A stretch of DNA of 63,167 nucleotides from an uncultured virus (IMG/VR IMGVR_UViG_3300031998_000023). Taxonomy: Duplodnaviria > Heunggongvirae > Uroviricota > Caudoviricetes. Positions 31,414-41,780 of the stretch are shown here, piece by piece (positions within the stretch are counted from its first letter, which is position 1; each line of letters opens with the position of its first letter). The stretch lies in IMG/VR virus record IMGVR_UViG_3300031998_000023, one strand, 5' to 3'. A model generated the notes under the pieces. The model saw nothing but the letters and a program-made list of their open reading frames with translations. It was not told the origin of the DNA and made no database searches. Both the position numbers and the translations under genes were made by a program.

Positions 31414-31713
31414 ATGTCAGAACACAAGTATAATGTTTTCTTTTGTACAAGATACGGTGAATTAGCTAACCGTGTTTGCCCTAAAATCAATAGTGATGAT
31501 TGGGATGAACTTGAAGACTGCTGTAGTTCATGCAGTGCAAGAGGGCAACTTGAAACTGAAGTCGAAGAATTTGATGTAAGATGTATAAAAGATACATATA
31601 AGTTCAAAAAGGGTGATGTTGTGAAAGCCTATGTATGGACAGAGAAACATTTTATAGTTGGTGGCTATATCACTAATATAGATGATTTCCAAGAAAACTT
31701 TGATGTGGTATAA
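31414..31713 (+). CDS. hypothetical protein
   Basis: ORF in gene run. Confidence 0.65.
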   Translation: MSEHKYNVFFCTRYGELANRVCPKINSDDWDELEDCCSSCSARGQLETEVEEFDVRCIKDTYKFKKGDVVKAYVWTEKHFIVGGYITNIDDFQENFDVV

Positions 31714-31764
31714 TTTGTCGGAAAGTCACTTTTTTTATATAGTTTCCGACAAAATTTGAAAGTT

Positions 31765-31779
31765 TGGCACAGTTTTTGA
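31765..31779 (+). promoter_or_regulatory. class I sigma54-type promoter
   Basis: TGGCACAGTTTTTGA, just after TTTGTCGGAAA/TTTCCGACAAA inverted repeat. Confidence 0.7.
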
Positions 31780-31810
31780 TGTATATTGCAGTGAATAAAT
31801 TTTTTAAAAT

Positions 31811-31939
31811 ATGTCAGTACCATACAGAGGCCCGAAATGTAATTGCTGCGGAGTAAGGCAAGATTTACGCTCAGCACCATGCGAATGTGATGGATGCGAT
31901 GCAGGAATAAAGAAAGAAAAAGATGATAGCGAAGACTGA
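31811..31939 (+). CDS. small Cys-rich protein (42 aa)
   Basis: Read manually: MSVPYRGPKCNCCG...CECDGC; first ATG after promoter. Confidence 0.55.
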   Translation: MSVPYRGPKCNCCGVRQDLRSAPCECDGCDAGIKKEKDDSED

Positions 31940-32352
31940 AGATAGTAATACAATTACCAATTCGATGCCTGATTATCCATGTGCATATTGTGGAAGACGA
32001 AACTGCACAATGAGTGTATCAAGCTTTGGTAAGTGTCCACATTTTACACGTGAAGTCATATATGACAATGTTGTAATGGGTGAAAGCGAAACAAAGCCTA
32101 AAAACTACATTAAACGAAACCACCATAAGAAAAGAAGTTATCATAGAGGAAAGTTTTAAGCCATGAATATGTTTGAAGAATATAAAGTAGAGAATGGTGG
32201 TATATGGATTCCAAAGTCAGAATTGGAACGCTTGAGAGTACATTACTATGAAAAGGCAATAAGGCAAGGTAATTCTCAAATGTATAATGACTTTAATAAG
32301 TCAATTGGTAAACAAAACCTAATTGAAAATTTAATAGGACTAATAGAAGAAA

Positions 32353-32649
32353 ATGAGTAATTTGATTTACGAACTAACAAAAGAACATTTGACAGAAGAT
32401 GACCTTAAAGTTATCAAGCACTTAAATGCAATTGATAATTTGTTCAAAAAAGGAAATCTTTCAATTTGTGGATTATTTGCTACTCCTGATACTATCCATG
32501 TATTAAAACATGTAGATGGAGCTGACTACAGCGTTTACGACTCAACATATATCGTTTCAGATGGAGGGGACCCCGATGATTATGGAGATTTAGGAATACA
32601 CAGCGCAAGTGAATTAGAAGAATTATACGAACAACAAGAAGAATCATGA
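32353..32649 (+). CDS. hypothetical protein
   Basis: ORF in gene run. Confidence 0.7.
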   Translation: MSNLIYELTKEHLTEDDLKVIKHLNAIDNLFKKGNLSICGLFATPDTIHVLKHVDGADYSVYDSTYIVSDGGDPDDYGDLGIHSASELEELYEQQEES

Positions 32650-32803
32650 AGTGTGAACTGATTTGGATTAACAAAGAGGGTAGTGAATCATATGGAATCG
32701 AATACCCATCAATTAGAAAGGCAAAGAAAAGTGGCGAAGAAGCCATTAAAAAGGGATTTGCTTATAAGTTTAAAATTATTAAACACCCAAAAATTAAATC
32801 ATA

Positions 32804-33202
32804 ATGGAATACTTTGAAAGATTTTTGAAAATAATTTTGTCTGTATTAAAACTTTTTGGTATAATATTATCAACAATAGGTCTTGGCCTTATGATGCTAA
32901 TACAGATGATTTGCATTTTTTTCACATTTATTATAACAATGTGTGTACTTGTGCCAATTGAATTTTTAGTTGTAAGGCCGATATACTTCATCTTGACTGG
33001 CAGCAAGTTCTTGAATGTCTATTATGGCGTACTTATAATGTTTGAGGACATTATTGAGACAGGTGTTCTTACATTCAGAAGACTTGAGGGGGAATCCAAT
33101 TACGACCATGAAAGATGGAGAAGCGCACACAATGATGTTGATTTTTATGGCAACATATGGAATAAAATTTGTAGCATTAAAATTAAAATAGAAGATGAGT
33201 AA
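32804..33202 (+). CDS. YY.V.TG-family membrane protein
   Basis: RPIYFILTG. Confidence 0.7.
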   Translation: MEYFERFLKIILSVLKLFGIILSTIGLGLMMLIQMICIFFTFIITMCVLVPIEFLVVRPIYFILTGSKFLNVYYGVLIMFEDIIETGVLTFRRLEGESNYDHERWRSAHNDVDFYGNIWNKICSIKIKIEDE

Positions 33203-33539
33203 CGAATATTGGAAACGATTCAAGGAAGCATTTGTAGTACCGATTATGTCATTTTTACTCGGTGCTTTATTTGTTATATTTGCCATACTTCAAGCTGTTT
33301 TATTCCCAGTATTTGGGGTTTTATTCATTGCTACGTTCATTATGTTTAGCATAGCAGATGGATTGGATAGAATACTTATTGCCCCTGCTTACTATGTCAT
33401 TACTGGCGAAAAGGCGCATGAATATTCATGGAATAGTGCATATAAGAGGCCACTTCAAATTTTTAGTGATTTGGTTGACAAATTTGGAAACTGGGCTGAT
33501 AAATCCCCGTTCTGTATATATGGAGAATTATTTAACTAA
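33195..33539 (+). CDS. YY.V.TG-family membrane protein
   Basis: APAYYVITG. Confidence 0.7.
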   Translation: MSNEYWKRFKEAFVVPIMSFLLGALFVIFAILQAVLFPVFGVLFIATFIMFSIADGLDRILIAPAYYVITGEKAHEYSWNSAYKRPLQIFSDLVDKFGNWADKSPFCIYGELFN

Positions 33540-33550
33540 AATATTAGATT

Positions 33551-33784
33551 ATGAATAAAGAGCAACTTAACGAAGCTATGAAGCTCGATTTTCAAATTAA
33601 TACATACGAGCAAATAGTAAAAACTATAACAAATGAAAAAGCATTTCCTGATGCTCATTTTGTTATGGTGAAAGATAATAACCCAAGTTCTGGAACTGCA
33701 CTACCAAAAGAAATTGAGGATGACATTGTAGAACTAATAGTAAACCATGTTTCAAAACTTAAAGAAAGATTTGCAAGTCTATGA
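33551..33784 (+). CDS. hypothetical protein
   Basis: Tandem paralog of next ORF. Confidence 0.65.
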   Translation: MNKEQLNEAMKLDFQINTYEQIVKTITNEKAFPDAHFVMVKDNNPSSGTALPKEIEDDIVELIVNHVSKLKERFASL

Positions 33785-34020
33785 GCCCTGATAAAGTAGA
33801 ACAAGCATTAAAACTTTATTTCAATATTGAGAATTGTGAAGATATTGAATTTGAGTTAACAAGACCTGATGATGAATATCAAAGCAATTTCTATTTTAAA
33901 CAACGTTCTTTCAATGGAAGAACAAAGGAAATCTTAATCCCATCAGAATTGTATGGAAAGATTATGGACCTTATTTCAGAATTTAAAAAAGACCAACAGA
34001 AAAAGCTTGAAGAATTATGA
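33781..34020 (+). CDS. hypothetical protein
   Basis: Tandem paralog of previous ORF. Confidence 0.65.
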   Translation: MSPDKVEQALKLYFNIENCEDIEFELTRPDDEYQSNFYFKQRSFNGRTKEILIPSELYGKIMDLISEFKKDQQKKLEEL

Positions 34021-34090
34021 TTGAATTTATTGAAGGCGAACCTTTCTGCCATTACAATGGTGTACTATTGGGAGGATAAATTTTAAACTT

Positions 34091-34105
34091 TGGCACGGTT
34101 TTTGT
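34091..34105 (+). promoter_or_regulatory. class I sigma54-type promoter
   Basis: TGGCACGGTTTTTGT. Confidence 0.75.
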
Positions 34106-34136
34106 ATATGGATAAGTAAACATTAAAATTATAATT

Positions 34137-34745
34137 ATGGTCACACTTGAAAACGTAAGAGAACTTAACGATTTGCACAATCTACCAAAAGACATTCATG
34201 TCAATAAGAATGTTCTGTTGGATTATAGATTAACTGATGCTCTTAAAGCAACAGAGGAAAATCCAAGAAACCGTAAATATGACTTTGACGTTTTTCTGCC
34301 AAAGTACGGAATTAACCTACAGCGCCCTTATGTATGGGAACATTACCAACAGAGTGAGTTTATTTTCTCTATTCTGTTCGAGAAGCCACTTGAGCCTGTC
34401 GTAATCGTTCAACACACGTTTAACTACGATGTCAGAAGCGAAAGCATCAACTATGTGATTGATGGTAAACAACGTCTTATGACTATTCAGAAATTCCTTA
34501 GAAATGAATTTTCAATCAATATCAATGGACAAGACTGTTATTTCAAGGATTTTGATGATAAACTTCAATGGTTCTTTGAATCAAGGGCAAATAGTATGAC
34601 CGCATTGGTTTATTATTCATATCCTGACGTTCCTGTTACTGATGATATGAAGATTTATCTGTTTAATTTCTACAATTTCTCAGGTACGCCACAAACCGAA
34701 GAGCATAAAAACAAATTACAATCATTATTAAAAAACGAAAATTGA
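34137..34745 (+). CDS. DUF262 (ParB/Srx-like, GmrSD N-terminal) domain protein
   Basis: LQRPYVW and VIDGKQRLMT motifs. Confidence 0.85.
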   Translation: MVTLENVRELNDLHNLPKDIHVNKNVLLDYRLTDALKATEENPRNRKYDFDVFLPKYGINLQRPYVWEHYQQSEFIFSILFEKPLEPVVIVQHTFNYDVRSESINYVIDGKQRLMTIQKFLRNEFSININGQDCYFKDFDDKLQWFFESRANSMTALVYYSYPDVPVTDDMKIYLFNFYNFSGTPQTEEHKNKLQSLLKNEN

Positions 34746-34749
34746 AACC

Positions 34750-34986
34750 ATGAAAATTGAAATTGAAATCGAAGACAAATATTTGAACGCTATTGCTGCA
34801 CAAATGATATTGGATGCAGACTCAAAATATGAAGAAATGATTGCTGAGCAAGCAAAGCAAAAATGTATGGAAGATACAATTGTCCTACGTACTGACAGTT
34901 TGGGCGATGATGCAAAGGAATTACAATTGGGCCTTGCAATGATGGCTATGGGCCAAGTTGCTGATGAAATCGAATACAACAGATAA
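34750..34986 (+). CDS. hypothetical protein
   Basis: ORF in gene run. Confidence 0.65.
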   Translation: MKIEIEIEDKYLNAIAAQMILDADSKYEEMIAEQAKQKCMEDTIVLRTDSLGDDAKELQLGLAMMAMGQVADEIEYNR

Positions 34987-34988
34987 CT

Positions 34989-35276
34989 ATGGCTTGCACT
35001 TACGAATACGAAACAGGAAAAGTGACACTTGATTTCCATCTTGTGGCATACAACGAAATATGTACGTTGCGTGGCCTAAAAGGTAAAGCAGGAAACCAAG
35101 AGTGTCATCGTTGCCCATTTTATGGCGGCTCTTATTCAGATATGAGTACTATAAATTGGGATTCATTTGTTAAGTGTAAGCATAAAGACGCTAAAAATTC
35201 AGAAAACAGCACAGGAGCAATGTCTGCCGTTATTGAAAAATTCATAGAAGAAGCATTAACCCATTATTACGATTAA
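34989..35276 (+). CDS. hypothetical protein
   Basis: ORF in gene run. Confidence 0.65.
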   Translation: MACTYEYETGKVTLDFHLVAYNEICTLRGLKGKAGNQECHRCPFYGGSYSDMSTINWDSFVKCKHKDAKNSENSTGAMSAVIEKFIEEALTHYYD

Positions 35277-35280
35277 AATT

Positions 35281-35583
35281 ATGAAAGCTTTATATTCAAA
35301 CTACATTATTGACGTTGTTGAAGCAAACTATAACGAACAAGGCTACAAGTGGATGACACCTAATAGAAAATGCTATTTCAGAGAAAACGAAATTGAAATT
35401 CTTGATACTGAAGGTAAATGCGTTTGTGAAATCTTACGAGAGCACAAAGAAGCCAAGATGGAATTAACATACGATTGTTACACCAGCCTTGATATGGGAT
35501 ATGGATGGATTGGCGCTTTTGGCGAAGGTGGAGCAGTGGAAGACATTCAATTCTGTCCATTCTGTGGTAAAAAATTTGATTAA
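35281..35583 (+). CDS. hypothetical protein
   Basis: C-terminal FCPFCGKK. Confidence 0.7.
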   Translation: MKALYSNYIIDVVEANYNEQGYKWMTPNRKCYFRENEIEILDTEGKCVCEILREHKEAKMELTYDCYTSLDMGYGWIGAFGEGGAVEDIQFCPFCGKKFD

Positions 35584-35595
35584 AATTCAATTAAA

Positions 35596-35934
35596 ATGAA
35601 AAGACAAGATATTAAAAAAGGCGATACAGTTTGTATCATTAACACAGCGAAAAATGATTATGAATTTGTTACAGAAACAGAAGTAACAAGCGCTGGTTCA
35701 AAGTTTATTGTAACTAAACATTCAGGAAACTCAAACAAATTTGGTTCAGAAACCCATCGTTCTGAATATCTTGGCTATTTGCTTTACAAGGGAACAAAGG
35801 CCGAGTGTGAAGAATATATAAAAGAAAGAAATGAGGCAAAGGGGTTGATTAATAAGATTGTACGCCATCTTGAATGGGGTGAACCTGACCCCAAAGTTGT
35901 AAAAGAGATTTATAACCTAATCAAAGAGGAATAA
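35596..35934 (+). CDS. hypothetical protein
   Basis: ORF in gene run. Confidence 0.7.
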   Translation: MKRQDIKKGDTVCIINTAKNDYEFVTETEVTSAGSKFIVTKHSGNSNKFGSETHRSEYLGYLLYKGTKAECEEYIKERNEAKGLINKIVRHLEWGEPDPKVVKEIYNLIKEE

Positions 35935-36727
35935 CATGGATGAAGAAAAAGATTTTAACAAACCCATGAGAGATTTGCTTGCTGAGATAAGTAAGCATCT
36001 TTCCGATTATTCAGGATACATTGATGACAATGACCTTGGAAATATCGAAGACCCTCATTGGATAGTAGAATAAAATGCTATGACACAAGAAGAAAAAAAT
36101 AACGTAATCAAAAAAGCGGCTGAATGGCTTTACATGAACTTGGATATGCCTGAGGCTGACAAACATTGGTGGGTTGAAGACTTTTGTAATTATATGGATA
36201 TAATTTTAGATTAATTGATATGGATAAACAAGAATTAAAAATAGGAGATACCTTCAATGTCGGTAGAAGTAAGAAAATCTATGAAGTAATTGGGATTTTT
36301 GAGGAAAATGGGAAAAAGTTCATTTGGGGTAGAACAAAAACTGATTATGGATTTAGCTATTCCCATGCTTTTACATATGATGATGAAGGTAAACTTTATG
36401 AAAGGAGTTAATTATGCCTTTGAAATTGAAAATAAAATTCAAACTTTGTCGCTTATGCTCACGTCTTGGTGATTATTGTAATAATAACCCATATGATGAT
36501 ATAGCATATGCCTTTTATTTGATTTTTGCATCATTAATTTATTAATATCATGTATAGATTAGTTACTACATCAAATGGCGGACTTGTCAGAAAGCATTAT
36601 TACGATGACTATGACGATATGGAATATCAGTCCGTATTCCTACAATTCAGCCCAAATGTAACAAAGGCTGTTGGACAAAAATTGGGATTTTTTAAGTGGA
36701 TAACACTGTTTACAATAGGAGAATAAA

Positions 36728-36982
36728 ATGACACAGTTAGAAAGAGAATATTTCGCAACATTTACGCTTGAACGCCTGAAGGCTTTCTATAAGGCCATTG
36801 CCAAGAAGACACATTTCTCAAGTTATTATGATGAAGACCGTTATGGGAATCGTATATATAACGGAATTAGTTATGTGACAAGAAAATGGCTTAGGCCAGG
36901 AGGTCAAGTAATTGAAATTAAAATCAATAAGCGTAAGATTCGCAACGCAATAAAAGAGCGAGAAAATGAAATACAAATGTAG
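36728..36982 (+). CDS. hypothetical protein
   Basis: ORF in gene run. Confidence 0.65.
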   Translation: MTQLEREYFATFTLERLKAFYKAIAKKTHFSSYYDEDRYGNRIYNGISYVTRKWLRPGGQVIEIKINKRKIRNAIKERENEIQM

Positions 36983-37130
36983 TTTTTGTGCATGGCAAAA
37001 TCCATGGCTTCCATCACATTGTTTTTATCATGGAAGAATTTTGGATAAAGAAGAACAATGGGGAGATGAAGATTGTGAACATTGGAAAGAAAAAGAAAAC
37101 AGATTATAACAATTAAAATTTTTAAATATT

Positions 37131-37382
37131 ATGAGTACATTTTGGTTAATTTATTTTATTTGCCTTGGTATAGCATTCTTTTTTGTATTGCTTACATTAG
37201 GCTTGTTTGAGTTGGAATATGAGGAAAAGATTCCGATTCCTTATGCTATTCTTGCAATGGCAATTTGCGCAGTGCCAGGCCTTGGAATGCTTGGAACATT
37301 GATTCTTATAATTGCTATTGTTGCAGGTGTAATTGAGGGTGATATTGTACCGAAAAAGTTTGAAAAAGATAATGAAGAATAA
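37131..37382 (+). CDS. membrane protein
   Basis: 2-3 TM segments. Confidence 0.7.
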   Translation: MSTFWLIYFICLGIAFFFVLLTLGLFELEYEEKIPIPYAILAMAICAVPGLGMLGTLILIIAIVAGVIEGDIVPKKFEKDNEE

Positions 37383-37393
37383 TCTGATTTACC

Positions 37394-38044
37394 ATGGGAT
37401 TAATAGGAATAAGTAAAGATTATTTGGAAGAAAAGGCATTAAAGGCTTTTCCTGAAGATTTGTATTACTTTGGATGTGATTACATTGACCAAAACAATGA
37501 CAAAAGGGAAGGCTATAAAAATGGCTATATGGATGCCATTGATGACCACGAAGAAGCAATCCGTGAACACGATTTATGCGGAATGGCGGCAAAAAAAAGA
37601 ATAGAGTTATATAAAAAGGCTCTACACGATTGGGGGATTGGACCACAAATAATGATGGTAATGGAAGAGACAGGAGAGATGCTTAACGCTATTGGTAAAT
37701 ATGACCGTGGACGTGTAAATGAGGATGAAGTCATTACAGAACTTGCTGATGTGTGGATTTTAATGGAACAAATGGCAGTGTTCTTTGGATGGGATAGATT
37801 CCAAAATGAAAAAGAACGCAAACTTGCACGACTTAAAGAACGTCTCAATAAGGGATATACACTTGACGATGCCAAGAAAAAGAAATTGGAATACATAGTA
37901 GAAGATGACCGTGATGGCGATTCTGACAATTATGTACGGTATCTAATCAAGAATCCAAAAACAGGAGAAACAATAAGAAGAGGTATTTACGAATACCAAT
38001 TACAAAATGTATTAGACTCACTTCCAATAATTTATGAGGATTGA
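37394..38044 (+). CDS. MazG-like NTP pyrophosphohydrolase domain protein
   Basis: QIMMVMEETGEMLNAI...ITELADVWI...KERKLARL. Confidence 0.8.
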   Translation: MGLIGISKDYLEEKALKAFPEDLYYFGCDYIDQNNDKREGYKNGYMDAIDDHEEAIREHDLCGMAAKKRIELYKKALHDWGIGPQIMMVMEETGEMLNAIGKYDRGRVNEDEVITELADVWILMEQMAVFFGWDRFQNEKERKLARLKERLNKGYTLDDAKKKKLEYIVEDDRDGDSDNYVRYLIKNPKTGETIRRGIYEYQLQNVLDSLPIIYED

Positions 38045-38214
38045 TAAATGGCAAAGTGTATAAAATGCGGTAAAGAAATAGCTGGCCATGTATATGGAAA
38101 CATGTGCCGTGATTCAGAATCTTACTGCAAAGAATGCTATGACAAATTATCTCAAGAAGAAAAAAAATTGCTTGATTGGCATTTTAGTTGTGATTGGTTT
38201 TAAAATTTAGATAT

Positions 38215-38598
38215 ATGAATAAAGAAGAAAAAAAAGAAATTCAACTTATCCTTAATTCAGTATTCGAGGAAATAAGAAGCGGACACCTTGAACGTGCATG
38301 GGAAGTTTATGACGAATTTGAAAAAATGCTTAAAAAACTTATGAATAAAGACAACCCAAGCGAACAGATGAAAGATTTCATCTACAAAGTTGCAAACATT
38401 TGTTTTGAAATATCAAAAATAAACTCAGGGGGAAGAGTTGAACCCAATTTTTCCATGAGACAAATAATGGATTGCTTCGATGCCTTTGAAGAATCAGATG
38501 AAAAAGGTAGAGAGTATTATGCTAAACTTGAAGAGTTTGTAAAAGAAAATAATGGTCCTGAAAAAGATGGACTAATGTATAGTCCTGAACTTGATTAA
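38215..38598 (+). CDS. hypothetical protein
   Basis: ORF in gene run. Confidence 0.7.
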   Translation: MNKEEKKEIQLILNSVFEEIRSGHLERAWEVYDEFEKMLKKLMNKDNPSEQMKDFIYKVANICFEISKINSGGRVEPNFSMRQIMDCFDAFEESDEKGREYYAKLEEFVKENNGPEKDGLMYSPELD

Positions 38599-38790
38599 TA
38601 TGGAAAATAAGCCGAAAACCTGTATATACTGCAAAACTTGCAGACATTGGTATTTCTCCACGAAGTACCCAAAACCAATGCCAAACGTATGCTTCATTGA
38701 CAGACATACTTGGGAAGATGACGATGAAGACTTCAACAATTTGAAAGAAAAATGTGAATGTTGGACTTTTGATACCCGCATCTAAAAGTT

Positions 38791-38805
38791 TGGCACGGTT
38801 TTTGA
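38791..38805 (+). promoter_or_regulatory. class I sigma54-type promoter
   Basis: TGGCACGGTTTTTGA. Confidence 0.75.
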
Positions 38806-38838
38806 TAAGTGTAAGGCATAACTTTAAAAATTAAAATT

Positions 38839-39309
38839 ATGTGTTGCATTTCAAAAGAAAAAAAGACAAAAACCGCTGAGACCGATATTCACGTTCTTAA
38901 AATCATGCAAAAGAAAGCAAAGGGCTATCGTACACCCTTTACGCACCATTACCTTAAAAAGAACATAATGAGTGGCGAAATGCCACTTGTTGCTTCTTGC
39001 GATGGATTCCATTTTAAAGGGAATCTTTTGGGCAGGAAATCATTTTGGGATAGCCTTATGTATGATTGTGTTGATAAAGATGCGGACAAATTGTATATCT
39101 ATGACAATGGTTTTATCCATACATTCCCTTCAGACAAAAATTTGAAAGTCCTTAAAAACAGGGGATTTGAGATTTTTGATTGTATCATCCCAGCTGGCGC
39201 TGAATATGTGGAGGGTGAATGCGTTGTTCTTGGGGGCAATGCCAATGTTATAAAGCAAAAAACATATGCCTCTTCACAAATATATTTTGTAGGAAAGCAT
39301 CAGGACTAA
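38839..39309 (+). CDS. hypothetical phage protein
   Basis: Paralog of 27108..27539 (FIHTF, CIIPAG). Confidence 0.75.
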   Translation: MCCISKEKKTKTAETDIHVLKIMQKKAKGYRTPFTHHYLKKNIMSGEMPLVASCDGFHFKGNLLGRKSFWDSLMYDCVDKDADKLYIYDNGFIHTFPSDKNLKVLKNRGFEIFDCIIPAGAEYVEGECVVLGGNANVIKQKTYASSQIYFVGKHQD

Positions 39310-39312
39310 AAT

Positions 39313-39594
39313 TTGAATTATATGGATAATATCGCAAAGAAACTAAAGTTCAATTATTTTGGGGTTTACGAATATTCCCATTCAAAGGATAATATCCTTA
39401 CATATATCAAACAGCCTGAACATTTTTATGATGATTGGGAGGAAAACGGCGGTATTTTGGTCGTTAAGTATAGGCCCGAAATGACGGAGAAAGACAGATA
39501 TGTCGTTCTTCATTGTGTCGAAGTTGGAAACAACGGAAACATTTTCTCTGTTGATATTTCAAGTTTGAACAAAATTCCTGAAATTGTTGACTGA
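39313..39594 (+). CDS. hypothetical protein
   Basis: ORF in gene run. Confidence 0.65.
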   Translation: MNYMDNIAKKLKFNYFGVYEYSHSKDNILTYIKQPEHFYDDWEENGGILVVKYRPEMTEKDRYVVLHCVEVGNNGNIFSVDISSLNKIPEIVD

Positions 39595-39605
39595 CCAAAT
39601 AAGTT

Positions 39606-39620
39606 TGGCATAGTTTTTGA
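39606..39620 (+). promoter_or_regulatory. class I sigma54-type promoter
   Basis: TGGCATAGTTTTTGA. Confidence 0.7.
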
Positions 39621-39653
39621 TAATATTACGGTGTAACTTTAAAATTAATCTAA

Positions 39654-39998
39654 ATGAGAACTGAAGAAATTAACATCAACTCAAACTCTTTTGAGTTCAA
39701 CGGAAAAAAGTACGATTGTGAGCCTGTTGTTGAACGTGACAAGAAACTTATTATGGCAGAGGCCGAGGAATCCCATAAAGAGGCCATTGAAGAACTGTAC
39801 GAGAAAGATTCATTGGCCCCGCATCACGTCAAACTGTATGTTGATGACAACAACTGGCCACTGTATCTGATGGTCATCTACATCATCAACTACAAGGACA
39901 ACAAGGGCGGAAGATACGCCTGTGGCGACTATTACCCGATTGACAACAACATTTCAAAGGTTTATCCTCATCCTTTTCAAACAAGTATTTGTTGGTAA
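39654..39998 (+). CDS. hypothetical protein
   Basis: Single-gene unit after promoter. Confidence 0.75.
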   Translation: MRTEEININSNSFEFNGKKYDCEPVVERDKKLIMAEAEESHKEAIEELYEKDSLAPHHVKLYVDDNNWPLYLMVIYIINYKDNKGGRYACGDYYPIDNNISKVYPHPFQTSICW

Positions 39999-40007
39999 TT
40001 GGATTTT

Positions 40008-40022
40008 TGGCATGATTTTTGT
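40008..40022 (+). promoter_or_regulatory. class I sigma54-type promoter
   Basis: TGGCATGATTTTTGT. Confidence 0.7.
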
Positions 40023-40053
40023 ATATTCATAGTAAACCTCAAAAATTTGAATT

Positions 40054-40344
40054 ATGACAAAAGAAGAAATCTACAATGCACTTCACAAAATTGATGTGAT
40101 TGCTGAACTTGAAACAAAAAACGGATTCTTTTATATCGAAAATTCTATTGATGAATATCATTCACGTGCAACTTCATACCACAAAACACTCAAAGAAGCT
40201 GTTGATGCACTGATGGAAAGCAGTGATTGGTTCTGCCCTAAAGGTACAGGAACAATAGTTTTCCAAGAATACGGATTAAATGGTAAAACTGTATCTATCT
40301 ATAGCGGTGGATGGGAAAACGAATTTGGTAAACTTTGGATTTAA
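40054..40344 (+). CDS. hypothetical protein
   Basis: First ORF after promoter. Confidence 0.7.
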   Translation: MTKEEIYNALHKIDVIAELETKNGFFYIENSIDEYHSRATSYHKTLKEAVDALMESSDWFCPKGTGTIVFQEYGLNGKTVSIYSGGWENEFGKLWI

Positions 40345-40561
40345 AAATTATAATTATGGAAACCAACAAAGAAGTAAAGATGCCCACTTGGGTAAAAGTG
40401 AAAAAGGGTGATGAATTCACCGAAGATGTGTTCTTCGCAACTCACGAAGACCTTGTTGAAAAAGGCCGTTATTCAAATATGCTCTATGGCAAAGGTTGCC
40501 ATGCTAAGGAAGATGGCTATATTTTAAGCCGTGAATCATTAACTAAAATCCCGATTGAACA

Positions 40562-40948
40562 ATGAGCAGAAGACTTGATTCTTTTAAAAAAGGTGAGTGG
40601 ATTGTCACTACCGATGGAAAAATTGCTCAAATACTTGAGGAAAAAAACGAATACGGCAATGTGAAATTTTCAAATGGTTATGTTGAATGCTCTTATAATG
40701 GAGGCACAGAAGCATATCCATTAACATTGCACACAAAAGTCATTGCTGAAGGCATTGATGACTACTTTACAAAGTTCGTCAAAAAAGGCTTATTGTTCCC
40801 CAAAACAGGTAGAAAACTTGAGGAATTTGGCTATCGCCTTTTGGAACTTCCTGAAACAGAAAGCCATGAAAAATATAGAGCAATCTATAATGAAATGGAT
40901 GCCTATATGCAAGAACTTGAAGAACACATGAAATATTTTAAAGATTAA
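40562..40948 (+). CDS. hypothetical protein
   Basis: ORF in gene run. Confidence 0.7.
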   Translation: MSRRLDSFKKGEWIVTTDGKIAQILEEKNEYGNVKFSNGYVECSYNGGTEAYPLTLHTKVIAEGIDDYFTKFVKKGLLFPKTGRKLEEFGYRLLELPETESHEKYRAIYNEMDAYMQELEEHMKYFKD

Positions 40949-40953
40949 CTTAC

Positions 40954-41361
40954 ATGAGTGACCTTGTTTCTTTTGAAACTTCAAAATTATTGAAGGAAAA
41001 GGGCTTTCATGCCCCATGTAAAGCATGGTATGCAGAATATACTTCCATGTATGGTGGTGAAAAATACGAAGTTATACAATTTGATGATAGAAACCGTTTT
41101 GAGCCACAATATAAATTTATTTGTTCTGTGCCAACTTTCTATCAAGTTATGACATGGCTTATTGAAAAACACAATTTGTTCATTTCAACAATACACCTTG
41201 ATAGAGGATGGTTTTCTTATATAGGCGGAGCAAAAATTGATGACGGAAAGTTATTCATTGATTGTGAAAGCCGAATTGATAATTACGACATACCAATTTG
41301 CGAAACTTACGAAGAAGCAATGGAAACTTCAATTAAATATTGTCTCGAAAAACTAATTTAA
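40954..41361 (+). CDS. KLLKEKGF-family hypothetical protein
   Basis: VSFETSKLLKEKGF..PT..WLIEKH..TYEEAMETSIKYCL. Confidence 0.75.
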   Translation: MSDLVSFETSKLLKEKGFHAPCKAWYAEYTSMYGGEKYEVIQFDDRNRFEPQYKFICSVPTFYQVMTWLIEKHNLFISTIHLDRGWFSYIGGAKIDDGKLFIDCESRIDNYDIPICETYEEAMETSIKYCLEKLI

Positions 41362-41526
41362 TATGAGTAAAACCACAATTTTAACCATCATTGGATGGAT
41401 TCTTTTGATTGTTGGATGGTGCGTAATAAAAGCAGCCCCATTGGTCGCTGCTATTATTTTTTTTGTGGCATTTTTTATCTTTGCAACTAATATTGTTAGA
41501 CTACACAAAGAAAACCATTAGAATCC

Positions 41527-41778
41527 ATGAGTAAACTGACTAAATCAGAAAAACTACGCTTGAAACTCAATATTGAATCACATGAAGATGCGGTTCAGTA
41601 TATTGGAAAGAAGTGTAAGAAACTTTCTGGAAAACCATTCAAAAGCCAACTATGGGAAAATACCATTAAAGACGTTGGTGTTATTACAGGAAATGACGGA
41701 AAAGAAAAACTTGCATTCTCATTTATTGAGGATGATTCGTTGGTTTCCTGTAAAATGTTATATATAGCGGAGGAATAA
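41527..41778 (+). CDS. hypothetical protein
   Basis: ORF in gene run. Confidence 0.65.
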   Translation: MSKLTKSEKLRLKLNIESHEDAVQYIGKKCKKLSGKPFKSQLWENTIKDVGVITGNDGKEKLAFSFIEDDSLVSCKMLYIAEE

Positions 41779-41780
41779 AT

